Source: Mobula hypostoma
Lineage: Eukaryota
Length of the DNA: 64,000 nt
NCBI RefSeq assembly: GCF_963921235.1
Contig: NC_086110.1
Span: 13,764,001 to 13,828,000 of the forward strand
Reading direction: 5' to 3'
The notes beneath the pieces were generated by a model that did no database searches, was not told the DNA's origin, and saw only the letters and a list, made by a program, of their open reading frames with translations. Shown piece after piece: positions 50,780-63,864 of the stretch; position 1 is the first letter of the stretch; each line of letters begins with the position of its first letter. The position numbers were made by a program, and so were the translations under genes.

Positions 50780-52200
50780 AAGTCCTGCAAGGATAAACCG
50801 AGAGTTACAGGTGTCAAACCTGACATCGGTGCTGGGAACGATAATGGGATGGATTCTGAGTCAAACAATCTCTCATAATTTGGAAAGGCGAGGACTGAAA
50901 AGGTAACAGTCAGCATGGATTTGTCATGGGCAATCTTATCTCACAAATTTAATTGAGTTGTTTTTGAGATGTGAGGAAGAAATTTGCTGAGGGCAGGCCA
51001 GTAGACTATACCTTCACTGAGATTTGCAATGCCCCGTATGGCAGACTAATTTAGAAAGCTGGATGACATGGGGCCCAGGGTTAGCAAGCCGACAGACCAC
51101 GAGAGCATCGAACTGGTTTAGTGTAACATCAGAAAGTGATAGTCTAAATTTGCTGTTCAAGAATGAAGGCCCCTAACTACTGATGTACTGAAGCGGATGG
51201 TTCAGGTTTCGGTACTGTTTGTCATCTAGTTCTGAAACACTTAAGGGGATAATACTGGTAACATCACTAATAACTTCAGAGAGGCAACGGAATTGCTGAT
51301 GTAGAAGAAAGTGAAAACTAACCAGGACAATGAACTGGGTTAGTAGTCCATCAAGTGCAGATATAATTTAACTTGGACAATCGAGAAAAGGTGCATTTTG
51401 GTTAGATAAACTAAAGCAGAAATTACACAATAAATTGTCCTGTGCGTTGAAGTAGAACACAGTGACTGAGGTTCTCACGTACAATGTTTTTTTGCAATTG
51501 GCGATGGAGGTGGACCAAAGATAAAGAAGGTGTTTGTCACACTTGACAAAACAGTTGGGGCAATGAGTGCACTGTCTGGAATGTACTGTTATTCTGTAGA
51601 TATCGGTAGTGAAACACTTAGACTATTCTATGCATTTCTGATCGCCCAGCAGTCCTTAACACAGTGAAGAATGGACTCACGAGTACGTTTGCAGGACAAC
51701 AAGCTGTTAGCTGTAGAGAGTGGCTGGAGTTATTCTTCCATGTGTACAACAGGTTGAGGGATGACCTGATAGAGGAATATGAATAGACGTGGGGCATAGG
51801 CATGCCTAGCTTACGGTCTTTCACCCAGGATTGTTTAGTCGAAAATGAGAATACATCAATTCAAGGTGTGATAGAAAACATTTAATGTGTCTAGGGAAAG
51901 TTTCTCAACAGATAGGAGCTTGATAAATGTAAAATGTACCAGAAGGTAGAGGTGGGTTAGGTAGAAATGTGTGAAATGAAATTGGATCGGTATGTTAGGT
52001 AATGTTGGGAGCAAAATGTTTGCAAGGGACAGAAATGGTCCTCTAGGAGATCAGAAGGATAATCTATGCATGGATCCAAAAGAGAACGGGGAGATCTTAA
52101 ATAGATTATTTGCATCTATATTTACTCGGGAGACGGACACAGGGTCCACAGAAGTGACACAAAGTGGCAATGAGGTTATGGTCTTGTACTTCTTCATTTA
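50780..52200 (+). mobile_element. Highly degenerate CR1 fragments
   Basis: Remnant cagtcagcatggatttgt and QNDLCMDPKE.GEILN..FASIFT motifs. Confidence 0.6.
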
Positions 52201-52409
52201 AATCTTTGAAAAGTGGGTCCAAGACCAAAGGGAACCTAACATGACTTATTACTGTAGGCTTCTTCTTCCCTTCTCTTATCTCCAGCTATCAAAGCAATTC
52301 TCGGTCCGATCCAACACGTTACCTTTAGTTCCCAGTGTTCTCATTTTACACATATGTCAAACATTTTCAAGAAATTCTCTTAAAATAGTTTTCACATCAG
52401 TAATAGAAG

Positions 52410-53180
52410 AGATTTTACAGAGTTGCTGGAAATCTAGAACAACACACACGAAGTTGCAGAGGAGCTTAGTAGGTGAAGAAACATCTATAGAAATGAATAA
52501 ACAGTCGATGTTTCGGGCCAAGACCCTTCATCGGCATTGGAAAGGAAGAGGGAAGATGCTAGAATACAAAGGTGGGGGAGTGAATGGAGGACTAATAAGA
52601 AGGTCATGGGTGAAGCCTGGTGAGTGGGGAGGAGGCGATGAAGTAAGAATCTGGGAGGTGATAGATGGAAAAAAAAAGTACTGTAGAAGACGGAATCTGA
52701 TAGAATAGGAAAGTAGACCATGGAAGAAAGGGAAGGAGGAAGGGCATCAATGGGAGGATATAGGCAAGTGAGAAGAAGAAGTGGGAGGCCAGAATGTAGA
52801 ACAGAAGAAGAGGGAAGGGAGAGAGAAAAATTAATGAAAGCAGAAATCAATGTTCATGCCATCAGGCTGGAGGCTACCGGAGTGAAAATGAGGCGTTGAT
52901 CCTACACCCTAAGAGAGGCTTTATAGTGTCATAAAAAGAAGCTGAAGACCAAAGCGTCGCGATGAGAATGGAGAAAGGAAGTAAAATGACTGGCCACCGG
53001 AATTTCTGCTTTTTTTTTTTGGATGCAGTGGAGGTGCTTGCAAAAGCGGTCCTTTAATTTATTTTGGGTTGCACCAACGGAGTGGAGGCGGCATCGAAAG
53101 CACCGGAGAGAGTAGACAACCATAATAGATTTGAAGATAAAAATTTTCCCTCACCAGGACAGACTGTTTAGGGCCCTGAC
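52410..53180 (-). mobile_element. Degenerate Penelope-like 3' fragment
   Basis: atgttcatgccatcaggctggaggctacc and PVASHF..FLHSHRD, homologous to 39200-39750. Confidence 0.7.
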
Positions 53181-56039
53181 TGGTCGTGACTAATTATATC
53201 TCTCAAGTATAATTTTCATGTTGTCTTGGCCTGACGGGCACATTTTTCTACCATGTAGATTTACATTTTTGATTCGAAACCAAATGCTGTCTTCACTCAG
53301 GGATCTGCTCATCTCAGTACAAGTTTGACAGCACTTCATAGTCATTTACAAAGCAAAGTCAGTCTAGAATCTACCTCAGTGTTGTAATTTATCACACAAA
53401 TAAAAAACCTATCTTCATAGGAAGGCCACTTCTGTTTTAAGAGTATGTTCAGAAATGTAGAAGAACTTTGACAAAATTCCGAATCGATTTCATTATTTTC
53501 TGATTCAAATGAAAACAATTCTCAATTCTTCTCCAGGTATTTGCTCATGACAGGCTAATAAATGTTCTCGGTGCGAAAAGGCCACTGTTCATTCCTCTCC
53601 ATCGATGCCACCTTCACGCTTGGACCGCTGTATAAATAAAATGTTTCTCTTGACGTTGATATTGTTATGAGTTTCTCTGTAGTTCTGTGAAGTACAACGA
53701 GCACCGCAATCGATATAGTCAAAGATTAAAACGTTAGAATTGTATTTTATTTGATGTTGTGGTGACGCTTCACATTATTCTCTTTGCAGAATGCTCAAGC
53801 CGTATAATTGAAACACGGATTTTGCAGAACATCATGACAAATTTTTAGTTGAGAGGAAAAGAGCTCGAAGTCGCTTATTTTAACTTTGAGCCATTGTCTG
53901 TAACATGAGCGTCGAGCTTAAAAATAAACGTCTGAAAATCGATTTTTGAACTGCATGCAAACTTCACCCACAAAAGGTTTCCATCATATCATTAGGCTCG
54001 TTCGTGCATTTCTATTTTCTGGTATTTGTAACTTCCTGTTGACCTGCGTGAAAACTTTGTTGCAGATCTTTAGCTGAAAGAAGAAATTGAATCGTAGTGT
54101 ATAGCACGGAAGAGGCTCATCTCGACCATTCGGAACGAAATATTTTTGAAACGTTATTTTCCCTTCCTCTATCATGGTACCACTGCCTCTGGAAACTTGT
54201 TCTATACATCTACACTCTGTCTGAAAACCCTGACATGCAGAGTTCTCCTTTAAATATTTCTTCTCTCAATTCAGAAGGATATCCTCCCGCTTTAGGTCCC
54301 CCAGCTTGGAAAATTGACTATCACCATGTCCGTAGCAATGATTTACCGATTTTCATAACGTTATAAGCCATACTGCTGTATTCCAGAGTGAATAGCCCAT
54401 TTCTGTACAATCCTTTCATGCCACTACAGCCTCCCCTTCAAAGCAATGTCCCGGTGTATCTCCACTGCAATCCTTTTAATTCTACCGCGTGCATTCTACC
54501 TTGTGGTGACCAGAAGAACAAGTAACGCTCCAAGTGCGGCCTAGCCAATGGTTGCAGATGCAATATAATGTCCCATCAATCGTCAAAACACTGTGAAGAG
54601 AGCAACTAGTCTAATGGCCCTCTTGTCTAATATCCTTATGTGTCGGCTTTTCAGGAGACTATCAATGTGATCCCTAAGGTCCCTCTGTACCTCAACGGTT
54701 CCATATACTGTATAATTCATGTCTTTGCCAATGGTCCAGTAAATTATAAACAGAAGAGATTCTGCAGATGCTGAAATCCAGAGTAATAAACACAAAATAC
54801 TCCAGGAACATAGCAGGTCTGACAGCATCAGTGCAGAGGAATTAACAGTTGTTTTTTTGGGCCGAGATCCTTGATTAGCCTGATTGCTTTTCTTACGGAG
54901 TTGAAAGCAACGTTCCCTCTAATTTTGCAGTAGCGTAGACCAACCGTTGCACTGAGCAGGAAATTTTTACACCGCCTCTATGAGGATTATGCACGGGCTG
55001 GCAGTTTATTAACAATGTGCTACCGCTTTGTACCAGTGTTGTAACTTGCAACACTGACAATGTAAGTACGTTGATGGTCTAAAGTATTTTACATTAAAGT
55101 TATCGTACGTTTATTATGCAGAAAAATTACGGATTATATTCATTGGCACATAAGTATATGGGTTTCAGATATGCATAAACATAGATTTCATAATCATATT
55201 AGCATAATTGCAAAAGTAGATTAACATTATGTAAAGGAAACTTCCAGCTGCGTGACAGCAAAGGCTATATGCGTGGGTGGAATTCGGTTACTGCGCGACT
55301 GCATGCTTGCACAGCTTAATGGGAACAGTGGTGGCAAGTGTATACAGACGACATCGAGAGGAGGCTGGTTTCCTAATGAACTGAACTGCGTCCGCAACCT
55401 TCTGTAATTTTCTTCTTGCTCTCGAGGGCTGTCTCCCGCTGTCAAAATTTTGAGTATTAGCATTGACTTGAAACCTACAAAGAGCTTTGAATTGTGTTAA
55501 GATTGAATATTGATGTACACAACCTTCACATTGTGATCATTTCAGACGACATTCTCTGTCTACGAAAAAAGATCATTTTCATATGGACACGTGAATAAAT
55601 TACTCGTACAGAGACGGATGTTATATTTTCCTTGGAATGAAAAAATGGTCATGCAGAAAAAGGTACCCAATGAATAAACAAAACAGCCCACTTTGTGTTC
55701 CATTCACAAAGTTTAATGAAGCTACAACCATTTCTTTGACAATGTCCATAAAACCTGAAACTTTTAATGACATTTGAATGAGGGCCAGAGTGGACCCATT
55801 GTCCTACTTCCTGCATGGCCTTATGCATACAAATTTGTAAATATATCACTGTTTCTGTATATGCCGTAGAGTTACCGGAAATCTTAGCCAACACGATAGG
55901 CAAATTCTATCTTCACAGTCGAACGCGATTAAATATTGCCTCAGCAGGTACTAACTTTATTCGCTGTTATTGTAAATAAGCTACACACTGTATTACCATA
56001 AAACTTTACAACTGATTTCAATACCCCTATTTATCCGTG

Positions 56040-56310
56040 TGGTACGTGGCCAAGTGGTTAGTGCGTTGGGTTCACGATCTGAAGGTCGTGGGTTCGATCC
56101 TCGGTCAATACACCACCAAATGCTCCAGTCCACCTAGCTGAAAATGAGTACCGGCAAATGCTGGGGCGTCCAGCAAAAGATAGACCGGCGTCCCCGCGTC
56201 CTATCCGGGTGGGAGTTTCGTACTCCCAGTCGCTTCACGCCACAGAAACCGGCATAAGCACCGGCCTGATAGGCCACAAGGCTCGGGACAGACTTTAATT
56301 TTAATTTTGA
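56040..56310 (+). mobile_element. tRNA-derived SINE with an RTE-like tail
   Basis: A box TGGCCAAGTGG, B box GGTTCGATCC; tail accggcctgataggccacaaggctcgggacagactttaatt. Confidence 0.8.
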
Positions 56311-57856
56311 TTTATTGGTTTCCCTGTGGGTTGGAGCACAATTCAGTGAATATTTACGAGATGTCAATCACTTATTTGCTGTTTTCCTCTTCTATTACAA
56401 TCGAGTGACTGAATTATTTGGCCTGAAATAATAAGAAGCTGCTCGACGAATTCAATATGCTAATACAATGTGTGTGAAGACAAGAGAATGGTCAACGTTC
56501 TCCGATCGCAACTCGGGATTAGAGGGTAGAGGTAAGATACTCAATATAATAACCGTAAGAAGGAGGTGCGCGACCGAAGCTGTCAGGTAATAGGTGGAAC
56601 CAAACTGTGGGCTGGAGTAGTGGAGTGGTTGCAAGCGGAGCGAGAATAGTTTTTTTTTATATAATTGGCGGATTCTACCTGAAATTACACAAACTTTGTC
56701 TCGCCAAATGGCGACGACTCTCTGGATGTCGTTTTTTTTACCGTCTGAGGAACGTTGAGGTAAAATCATTGGGATGTATTTAGTAGAAGTTGTTCCTTTT
56801 TCTTGAAATGATTGGGGACCAGAAGAGGAGATTGTGACTGATGATATCAGCCATTCTCACGTTGAATGGCCGGTCGCGCAGAAGAGAGAGACGGAATGGT
56901 GGAGTCTGCCTTATTCCCGATCCTATCCTTCAGTTCCCTACTTCTATTTTTTTTTTCAGTGGCAATTGGCTCCAATGAATCAGAAAAAATGTCGAAGTCT
57001 CTTTGATGTGTTTACTGTATATCTGCGTTCAAAGAATGTTTGTGTTGAAGTTTGCATGCTGGTGTGCTCATTGAACTGTGAAGCTGCAGAGCTGCGCAAG
57101 TCAGTTTGTCGGCAAAATTGCTTTACTCTGTGAAAATAATTCAAAATCTAGCATTCAGTGACTAATTGAATCAAACGATTGCAAAATATATTAGTGATGT
57201 ACTCATCAGTTATCAATTTTAGATTGCTACCGCTATACACAAGGTTTATGTCAATGTTCGTTCAAGATCTCCCTTTTTAATTTACATGGAATTTCAACGG
57301 CAAAAGCTTGTCTTGTCCCACAGAAGAATGAACGTTTTTTTTTCCTTACTTAGAATGAATTTTAGCAAAATCTAATTGGGAGAGTAGAGAAAACGTTGTA
57401 GAGATAGCTATGTTACTAAATGCTTGTCTAACTCACAATGCAAGCTCATTTTCGTGTTATTTCTGTCTGATTTCCGCGGCCTGATTTATCTACTGAGCTC
57501 ACAGGTGGTTGCTTCACTACAGTAAAAGTTTAACTTGAACTGGACCTTATTGCGAAAGGACATTACGAAATTGTGATGATATATCGCCAACGATATAATT
57601 GTTCTGCAAGCTGACGTATATGAACTAGAGCAGATTTTTCATTCTCTTTAAACTGACATTGCTGTTCTTCTTTTGTAATTGAAAACATGTTTATTGATTG
57701 GTTCAGAGAGAAATTTCGCCCATTTGTCACAATGTCCACTTCTCTTATTCTTAACTTTCAGTATTATTTCAGCCGTCGTTATTTAGTCTCCCTACAGAAG
57801 ATAAAGGGAAACAATCAGTTGGGAATGCATTCGTTCACAGTCCACAGAACCGAAGC

Positions 57857-58003
57857 CTATTTCGATTTTGAGCTTCTCGCTTCCTGTGAAAGCTTCACAT
57901 CTGCGTACACTGAATGTTTGCTGCCGTGCTTAAATGCCGATATTTCTTTGTTTGGAACCTGCAGGGCGGCATATGTCAACTTTTCATCACTGCCACGTCG
58001 AGT
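57857..58003 (-). CDS. Terminal cytoplasmic exon of gene A with ITIM and ITIM/ITSM-like motifs
   Basis: Acceptor tgaattatttccacag, phase 0. Reads TRRGSDEKLTYAALQVPNKEISAFKHGSKHSVYADVKLSQEARSSKSK* (TAG at 57857-57859). LTYAAL and SVYADV fit the (I/V/L/S)xYxx(L/V) consensus. Confidence 0.88.
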   Translation of the reverse strand, partial: TRRGSDEKLTYAALQVPNKEISAFKHGSKHSVYADVKLSQEARSSKSK

Positions 58004-59322
58004 CTGTGGAAATAATTCAATATCCAGTCTTTGTCAATTGTCCAGCAAAAAAGCGTAGCGATCGATTTTAAGATACAATTGTAATGTATTTAAACATTTT
58101 CATTTTCGGAATACTGCCATTTTACTGAAAGGGAGAAAACAGAAACCGCTGTTTCTTTGTTCTTCACTGCCATTTTGCCATGTTTTACATTATTGTATAA
58201 GGTATTATTTTACGAGATCCCCAGCTATGGGTAAGTACCTACACTGCTTTGGGGGCAGCCTCGAGGGAGTCGAAAGCTACGGGAGTAAACCTGGGCAGCA
58301 AATCCGGAGTGCAGCCCCGAATGTGGCTGGAAGTTATTGAGCATCCGTCCGGAAGCTCCTGCAGCCAAACTGTTGCCAAGCGTGCTGCTTCATAAGCTTT
58401 TCTTTGGAGGACACTGGTGAGGCCAAGAGGGAGATTCTGAAGAATGGAAATCTTAGGATCGCCATACCTTCTGTCATGGCTTGTGATGATATTCATCAAC
58501 AGCCATCAGGGCCATTGTCCTTCGAGACAAAGAGATGACCACCACCAACCACCATAAAGTCAACATTAGACCCTTCTGTTTTTATAGTTTAAAACTAGAT
58601 AGTTTAAGACTATAGTTTTATATTTTAATATTCTTTCCAAAAACAATGTTTCTTTTGTATCTCCCCGCCCCCAATCCCTTGGCTTTACCTTGGCATAGAC
58701 AACATGTTCGTCCTGGCGTCTAACCTGGTGATTTTTTTTTGTTTTCTCTCAGGTTTAGTGTAGCATAGGCAAGGTTATGTTCAACTGGCGCTATTCCGGT
58801 CTGTTACAAAGAGGTGGTTAACATTGTTAGTGGCAAGTCTAATGCAGTTCCAATTCCATTAAGAAAAATGAGTATGAAAGCGTAAACTTAAATAAGTTAA
58901 ATGCGAAATAATAACATTCCAGGATCAGTAAATGATATTGCGAGGTTTGTTGTTTCAGAAACGGTACGAAATGTGTTTTCCCTAGTGCTGAACTTCTCTA
59001 TGATCTTTCAAGATTGAAATTAATTTTCAAGCACCATTTTCAGTCTATTCTACGAGTAGGATGAGTTTCTCATCTATCGTCATCTTTTTCCTTCCGCATT
59101 TATTTCCCTTTTCCTCCTTTCCCTAACAGTTTACGCAGGGACAACTGTCACCTTTGTATTCTTCAGGCCCTACGGAGTATTGAAGCAGCGTTGTGCGGGT
59201 CAGTGGCTGTCTTGGGTTCTCATACACTGACAGACATGTCCATTCTGTGATCGTAACTTATCATAATATTCCTCTATCAAAATATCCCTCTCAGAAGCAA
59301 AAAGAAAAGCTGTATCACCTAC

Positions 59323-59366
59323 CGGTTCTCCGCACGGACTTGCTTCCTCAGAGGTTCTTTGAATAC
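59323..59366 (-). CDS. Short cytoplasmic exon of gene A
   Basis: Acceptor ttttgattccattag and donor ccg|gtaggt; 44 nt, phase 1-0. Reads (G)IQRTSEEASPCGEP and exactly bridges the phases of the TM exon and the terminal exon. Confidence 0.75.
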
Positions 59367-59412
59367 CTAATGGAATCAAAAGTACAACACTTTAAATAAT
59401 AGCTGTAGTGTT

Positions 59413-59724
59413 CGGGCACGTGGCTAAGTGGTTAAGGCGTTCGACTAGCGATCTGAAGGTCGTCAGTTCGAGCCCCAGCCGAGTCAGTGTGTTGTGTCCT
59501 TGAGCAAGGCACTTAATCACACAGTGCTCTGCGACGACACTGGTGCCAAGCTATATGGGTCCTAATGGCCTTCCCTTGGACAGCATCGGTGTCGTGGAGA
59601 GGGGAGACTTGCAGCATGGGCAACTGTCGGTCTTCCGTACAACCTTGCCCAGGCCTGCGCCCTGGAGAGTGAAGACTTTCCAGGCGCAGATCCATGATCT
59701 CGCAAGACTATCGGATGCCTTTAT
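59413..59724 (+). mobile_element. tRNA-derived SINE with a CORE-like central motif, in an intron of gene A
   Basis: A box TGGCTAAGTGG, B box AGTTCGAGCC, central gtgtccttgagcaaggcacttaa; TSD TAGTGTT (59406-59412 and 59725-59731). Confidence 0.85.
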
Positions 59725-60142
59725 TAGTGTTATAAAAGTTGAAGTTGTGCGTTGGATTGCAATCAAATTTCTTGCCTAAAGGTGCAACTCCTGACAGCTA
59801 TTCAAAATACTATGGTGCACACTGTGGCCATGAAATGTGTTGTGCATGACCTTTCATGAATGTGGTGGATATAGATTTTGATTGAAAGAGTAGAGTGGCG
59901 GTACTTGTGTAAAATCGCCGCACGAAGTCAGACTGAAAACCCCAAGCGTCTGAGAAACATAGGTACAGGGAATGATTGGATAACTTGAATGGGAATGTAA
60001 AAGTATTTTGTAATTTATAATAAGTATTGTCGAATGTGACTCGGATAATGCCTTGGAAATCTTGATTCTCTCATTAACATTTCTGTTTTCAATCTGTAGA
60101 GGTAATAAATGGAAATGCTTGCCAAATCATTCATGTTCTTAC

Positions 60143-60250
60143 CACGTTTTGCCTTTACTCCGATTCTTATCAAAATTATAATCAGAATTACAATTGCCAG
60201 TCCGCCCAACGCACCTCCGAGAATCAGGGGCTTATTGATGTTGTCTAGAT
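60143..60250 (-). CDS. Transmembrane exon of SIRP-like receptor gene A
   Basis: Acceptor tttcttcttttattaccag and donor cgtg|gtaaga; 108 nt, phase 1-1. Reads (D)LDNINKPLILGGALGGLAIVILIIILIRIGVKAKR: uncharged hydrophobic helix, GxxxG motif, basic stop-transfer residues. Confidence 0.9.
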
Positions 60251-61759
60251 CTGGTAATAAAAGAAGAAACTGTGAAACATACATAAATATATAGAGACCG
60301 TGAGACAAGGAAGTAGAACATTCTAATTGGTAATTCAGGCCTGAACAAATAAAGATTGCAAGAGGCACAATATGACACGAGTTTTAAGGTAATGATAGGA
60401 CTTATGGAGCGAACAGATCATCTTACATCATGGTTCTTTACAGCGCAACACACAAAAAAATGTTACAGGAATTCAGCAGGCAAGGCAGCATCTGTAAAGA
60501 AAAGTGGGCAACTTTTCGGTCGAGAACCTTTGGCAGGACTGGTGCTGCCTGGCCTGTTGAGATCCTCCAGCATTTAGTGTGGGTTGCTTGGAGTTACAGC
60601 ATCTACAGATATTCTCTCGTTTGAGTTTTGGTTCTTCACAGTGAGTACTTTTTATTTGGGTTAAGATATTTTTTTCTTATAAAGATGCCTTTGCAGATAG
60701 TTTGATCGCAGATTTGAACTTACATCGTTTCTATTTCTGAACTGTCACTCGAAAATTTTCTCAATAGATTCCATTGAAAAAACAAGAGAAAATGACATTT
60801 TACTTTCATAAAACATCACAAGATGCATTAATAGAATATTAAAAAGCACAATCCGAAAGATATATGAGGAGAAGAGTCTAGGTAATTGGTGAAAATTGGA
60901 GAGAAAAACGAAAAGGTTTAGAGTAAGTAATAAGACAAATACACTGGCAGAGAGATTTCCAGCTTTATGTGCGGAGGTAGCCAAAGGCGTAGAAATGCGC
61001 ACATAGTTAAAAAAAAATAACAGAATACGGAACAATAGACGAATTTATATATTATTTATAAATATTTGAAACATAAATATGATTTGACTATTTATAAACG
61101 TGACTAACTTCCAAATTAGTGCTCGATCCTGTCTCACTTTCCTGCACGGTTCAGATGCTTCGTTTCTCAACTGGTATGAAATATAAATATATGAGTCTCG
61201 GATATTTCCAATGAATACACATGCACAATATTAGAAAGGTAGAAATTACAAAGATTTACCAACTTCTCAATGAGGAAACCTCTCAGTACTGACTCTTATC
61301 AGGACAAGGAATCTACCTCCGGCTGAAGGAAATTGTCAATTCATATCCTCTACCGGAATCTTATCTACGTATTAGATCGTACTCTCAACTCACAGAGCCT
61401 TTTGAATAACCTTACATAAAATTGTTTGTTTTTTTTATTGTCACGGTGATATTACCGTACAGAAGGTAACATTCACATCCTTCCTGATCTTCTTATTACA
61501 TATTCTATTTCTCGCTTGAGATTTTATTTGGTGCAAGCATACTTTATGTTCTTTACACAAAATCTATCAAAGTAAAACATATTTTTCAAATCCTTTCACC
61601 CAAAGAACACCGCTTTATATAATTACAAAAAACTTTACTATCCGTTTTAACATTTTAAACTACTTTATTTTCATAAGCTATCTTCCTTTCCTTATTGTTC
61701 TCTTAGTGATTCTTTGTTGTTTTTTTTAAGTTTTCCCAATCTTCCAGATTCCCACTACT

Positions 61760-63165
61760 CGTGGTGACTTTGTACGTATGAGCTTTCAGTTTGATATCTT
61801 TTTTTATTTCCTTAGTTATCCGACGCTGGCTCTCCCCACCTGTACTCTCCTTGCTTTTAACTGGAATATACTGCTATTGAGCATCGTGAACAAACTCCTT
61901 GAAGTATTCTACTCTTCTTCAAACGTCCCACCAAGTAGCCTGTGCTCCCAGTCTACCCTAGCCAGCTCTTCCCTCATCGTTTTGTATTCTCCCTTGATCA
62001 GGCATAAGGCACTGTTTTTAGTTCGAAATATTGTGCCCTCCATTTGTAGAAGTAAAACAGTCTTTCTAAGAGGATCCCTCACTACAAGATTGGTCATTTT
62101 ACTTCTCTCATTCCGCAGGGCCATATCCAAGATTACATTTTCCTTTGTAGGTTCAGTAGCATGCTGTTGAAGAAAGCTATCACGTATAGATTCTTTGAAG
62201 TCCTCCTCAAGACTGCCTCGACCAACTTGATTGACGTAATCTATGTGCAAGTTAAAGTCCACGATACCTGCTGTTCCATACTTAATGCTTCAGTTATTTC
62301 TCGGTTTAATGCCTGTGCCACTGTAATGTTATTATTCGGTGGCATAAAGACAACTCCCACCATGGATTTTCCCCTTTACTATTCCTAATCTCTACTCAGA
62401 TGGAATCAACATTCCGAACCTCAGATCTTATATCATCTCTCACTATCGTCCTGACCTCATCCTTATTTAAGAGCACTTCCCCGCCTCCCTTACCTTCCTG
62501 CCTATCCTTCCGTATTACCTGATATCCTTGGATATTTATTTTTCAATCCTCTCCATTCTGAAACCAAGTTTCTGTATGGGCCACTAAATCATACGCCTTT
62601 ATACTGATTTGTGCCACAAGTTCACAGACCTTGCTACAGATACTGTGGATATTGAGGCAAACTGTCCTTAAAAGTGCCTTTAAAGTTTTGTGACCTTTGT
62701 CTCTTATGTACTTGACTTTTCTGCATTCCACCCTTAACTTTCACTTTTTTGTAACCTTTGCTTTTCTTTATCTTGATCCACACTTTTCTCTTTTACTTTA
62801 TCCATATTCCTCCAATCTGCTCCAATTTCCCCATGCTACTTGGTTTAAAAGCCCTATCCACAAACCTAGTTATGCGATTCACCAGGATCCAGGTTCCATC
62901 ACGGTTCAGGTGGAGCCTGTCCCAAAGGAACAGCTCACTCCTTCCCCAGTACTGGTGCCGGTTCCCCAGGATTCCCACACCTAATGTTGAGCTAAGCATT
63001 TAACTCTCTAATCTTATTAACCCTGTGCCGATTTGCGCTTGGCTCAGGTAGTAATCCAGAAATTACCACTTTTTGGTTCTGCTTTTTAAGTTAGTCCCTA
63101 GCATGCTCAAATTCCCTCTGTAGGACCTCTTTCCTCTTTCTACCTTTGTCGTTGACACCCACATT
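61760..63165 (-). mobile_element. Degenerate CR1 fragment (endonuclease region) in the C1-TM intron of gene A
   Basis: CLNIHSI..YDLVA.TETW, MDFNLHID and LFLWDRLHLN motifs. Confidence 0.8.
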
Positions 63166-63330
63166 TCCTTGCAGGTATAAGGCTGTAAATAATGTAAAAA
63201 CCGCACACACGTTAACTTTTCCCTTTTAAAAAAAAGAAATAGATTTCACATTTTCTTTCTTGTGTTTATATAGCTTTCTAGGCATATTCTCATTCAAGTT
63301 GGAGCTTGCTTTAAATGCTTCCAGTCTTAC

Positions 63331-63627
63331 CTTGTTCGATAATATAGCTGAAACTGGTAGGAATTTTGAGCGTTTCGTGAGATACCAGACAGGTGTAAAC
63401 CACTTTACCCTGAGCAGGCTGCACATCTTCCAAAGTACTGGAAGCCTCATACAATCCTTCTGAAGTCTCAGTTATTGACGGTTCCATTTTGGGTAGAATT
63501 TCCATATTATTTCTGCGCCAAAAGATGTCTAATTTCTTCGGATAAAATGCTGCAGTTTTACACATGAGCTTCCGGGTTTTCGGTGAAGTTTCTTCAACAC
63601 GAATGATTTTCAGCGGAGTTGGGGGAG
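63331..63627 (-). CDS. Ig C1-set domain exon of a SIRP-like receptor (gene A)
   Basis: Acceptor ttttattccgttgtag and donor caag|gtaaga; 297 nt, phase 1-1, open. Reads PPTPLKIIRVEETSPKTRKLMCKTAAFYPKKLDIFWRRNN...YTCLVSHETLKIPTSFSYIIEQ, with C1-set hallmarks C-x4-FYP-x6-W and YxCxVxHxxL. Confidence 0.92.
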
Positions 63628-63864
63628 CTACAACGGAATAAAACGCGACGTAGATTTTTTAGCTATTATCTGATCGTATACGTTCTCCGTCTCATGCTAC
63701 CACTCTCTATTGTTATCATTGCTGTAGTTTGAAATCGCCTGAATTTGTCATTTATTAATTGTTTCAGGGGGCGGATAAACATGACAAACCAGGTGTGTCG
63801 GTGACAGATGGGGAACGCACGCCTGTTTGGAATAAACGTAGCAGATTTAGTGGGTGTTAGGATT

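Noticed and set aside
53984-54075. Good acceptor (tttcttctttcag) followed by a short open frame, as an extra terminal exon
   Set aside because: Gene A already terminates at 57857, and this frame has no motif and no homolog in paralog B.
56041-56110. tRNA genes at 56041 and 59414
   Set aside because: The A and B boxes run straight into SINE bodies and tails (one with a TSD), and there is no complete cloverleaf or acceptor stem.
56452-56769. 105-aa ORF with a hydrophobic stretch
   Set aside because: No recognisable domain, no partner exons and no convincing donor; it is probably 3' UTR or intergenic sequence of gene A.
60015-60142. Alternative acceptor at 60094 giving a KAKRD* short-tail isoform, or read-through of the TM donor
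   Set aside because: The intron would be only 49 nt, below typical vertebrate minimum size, and the GTAAGA donor already fits the downstream exons. RNA-seq would be needed.
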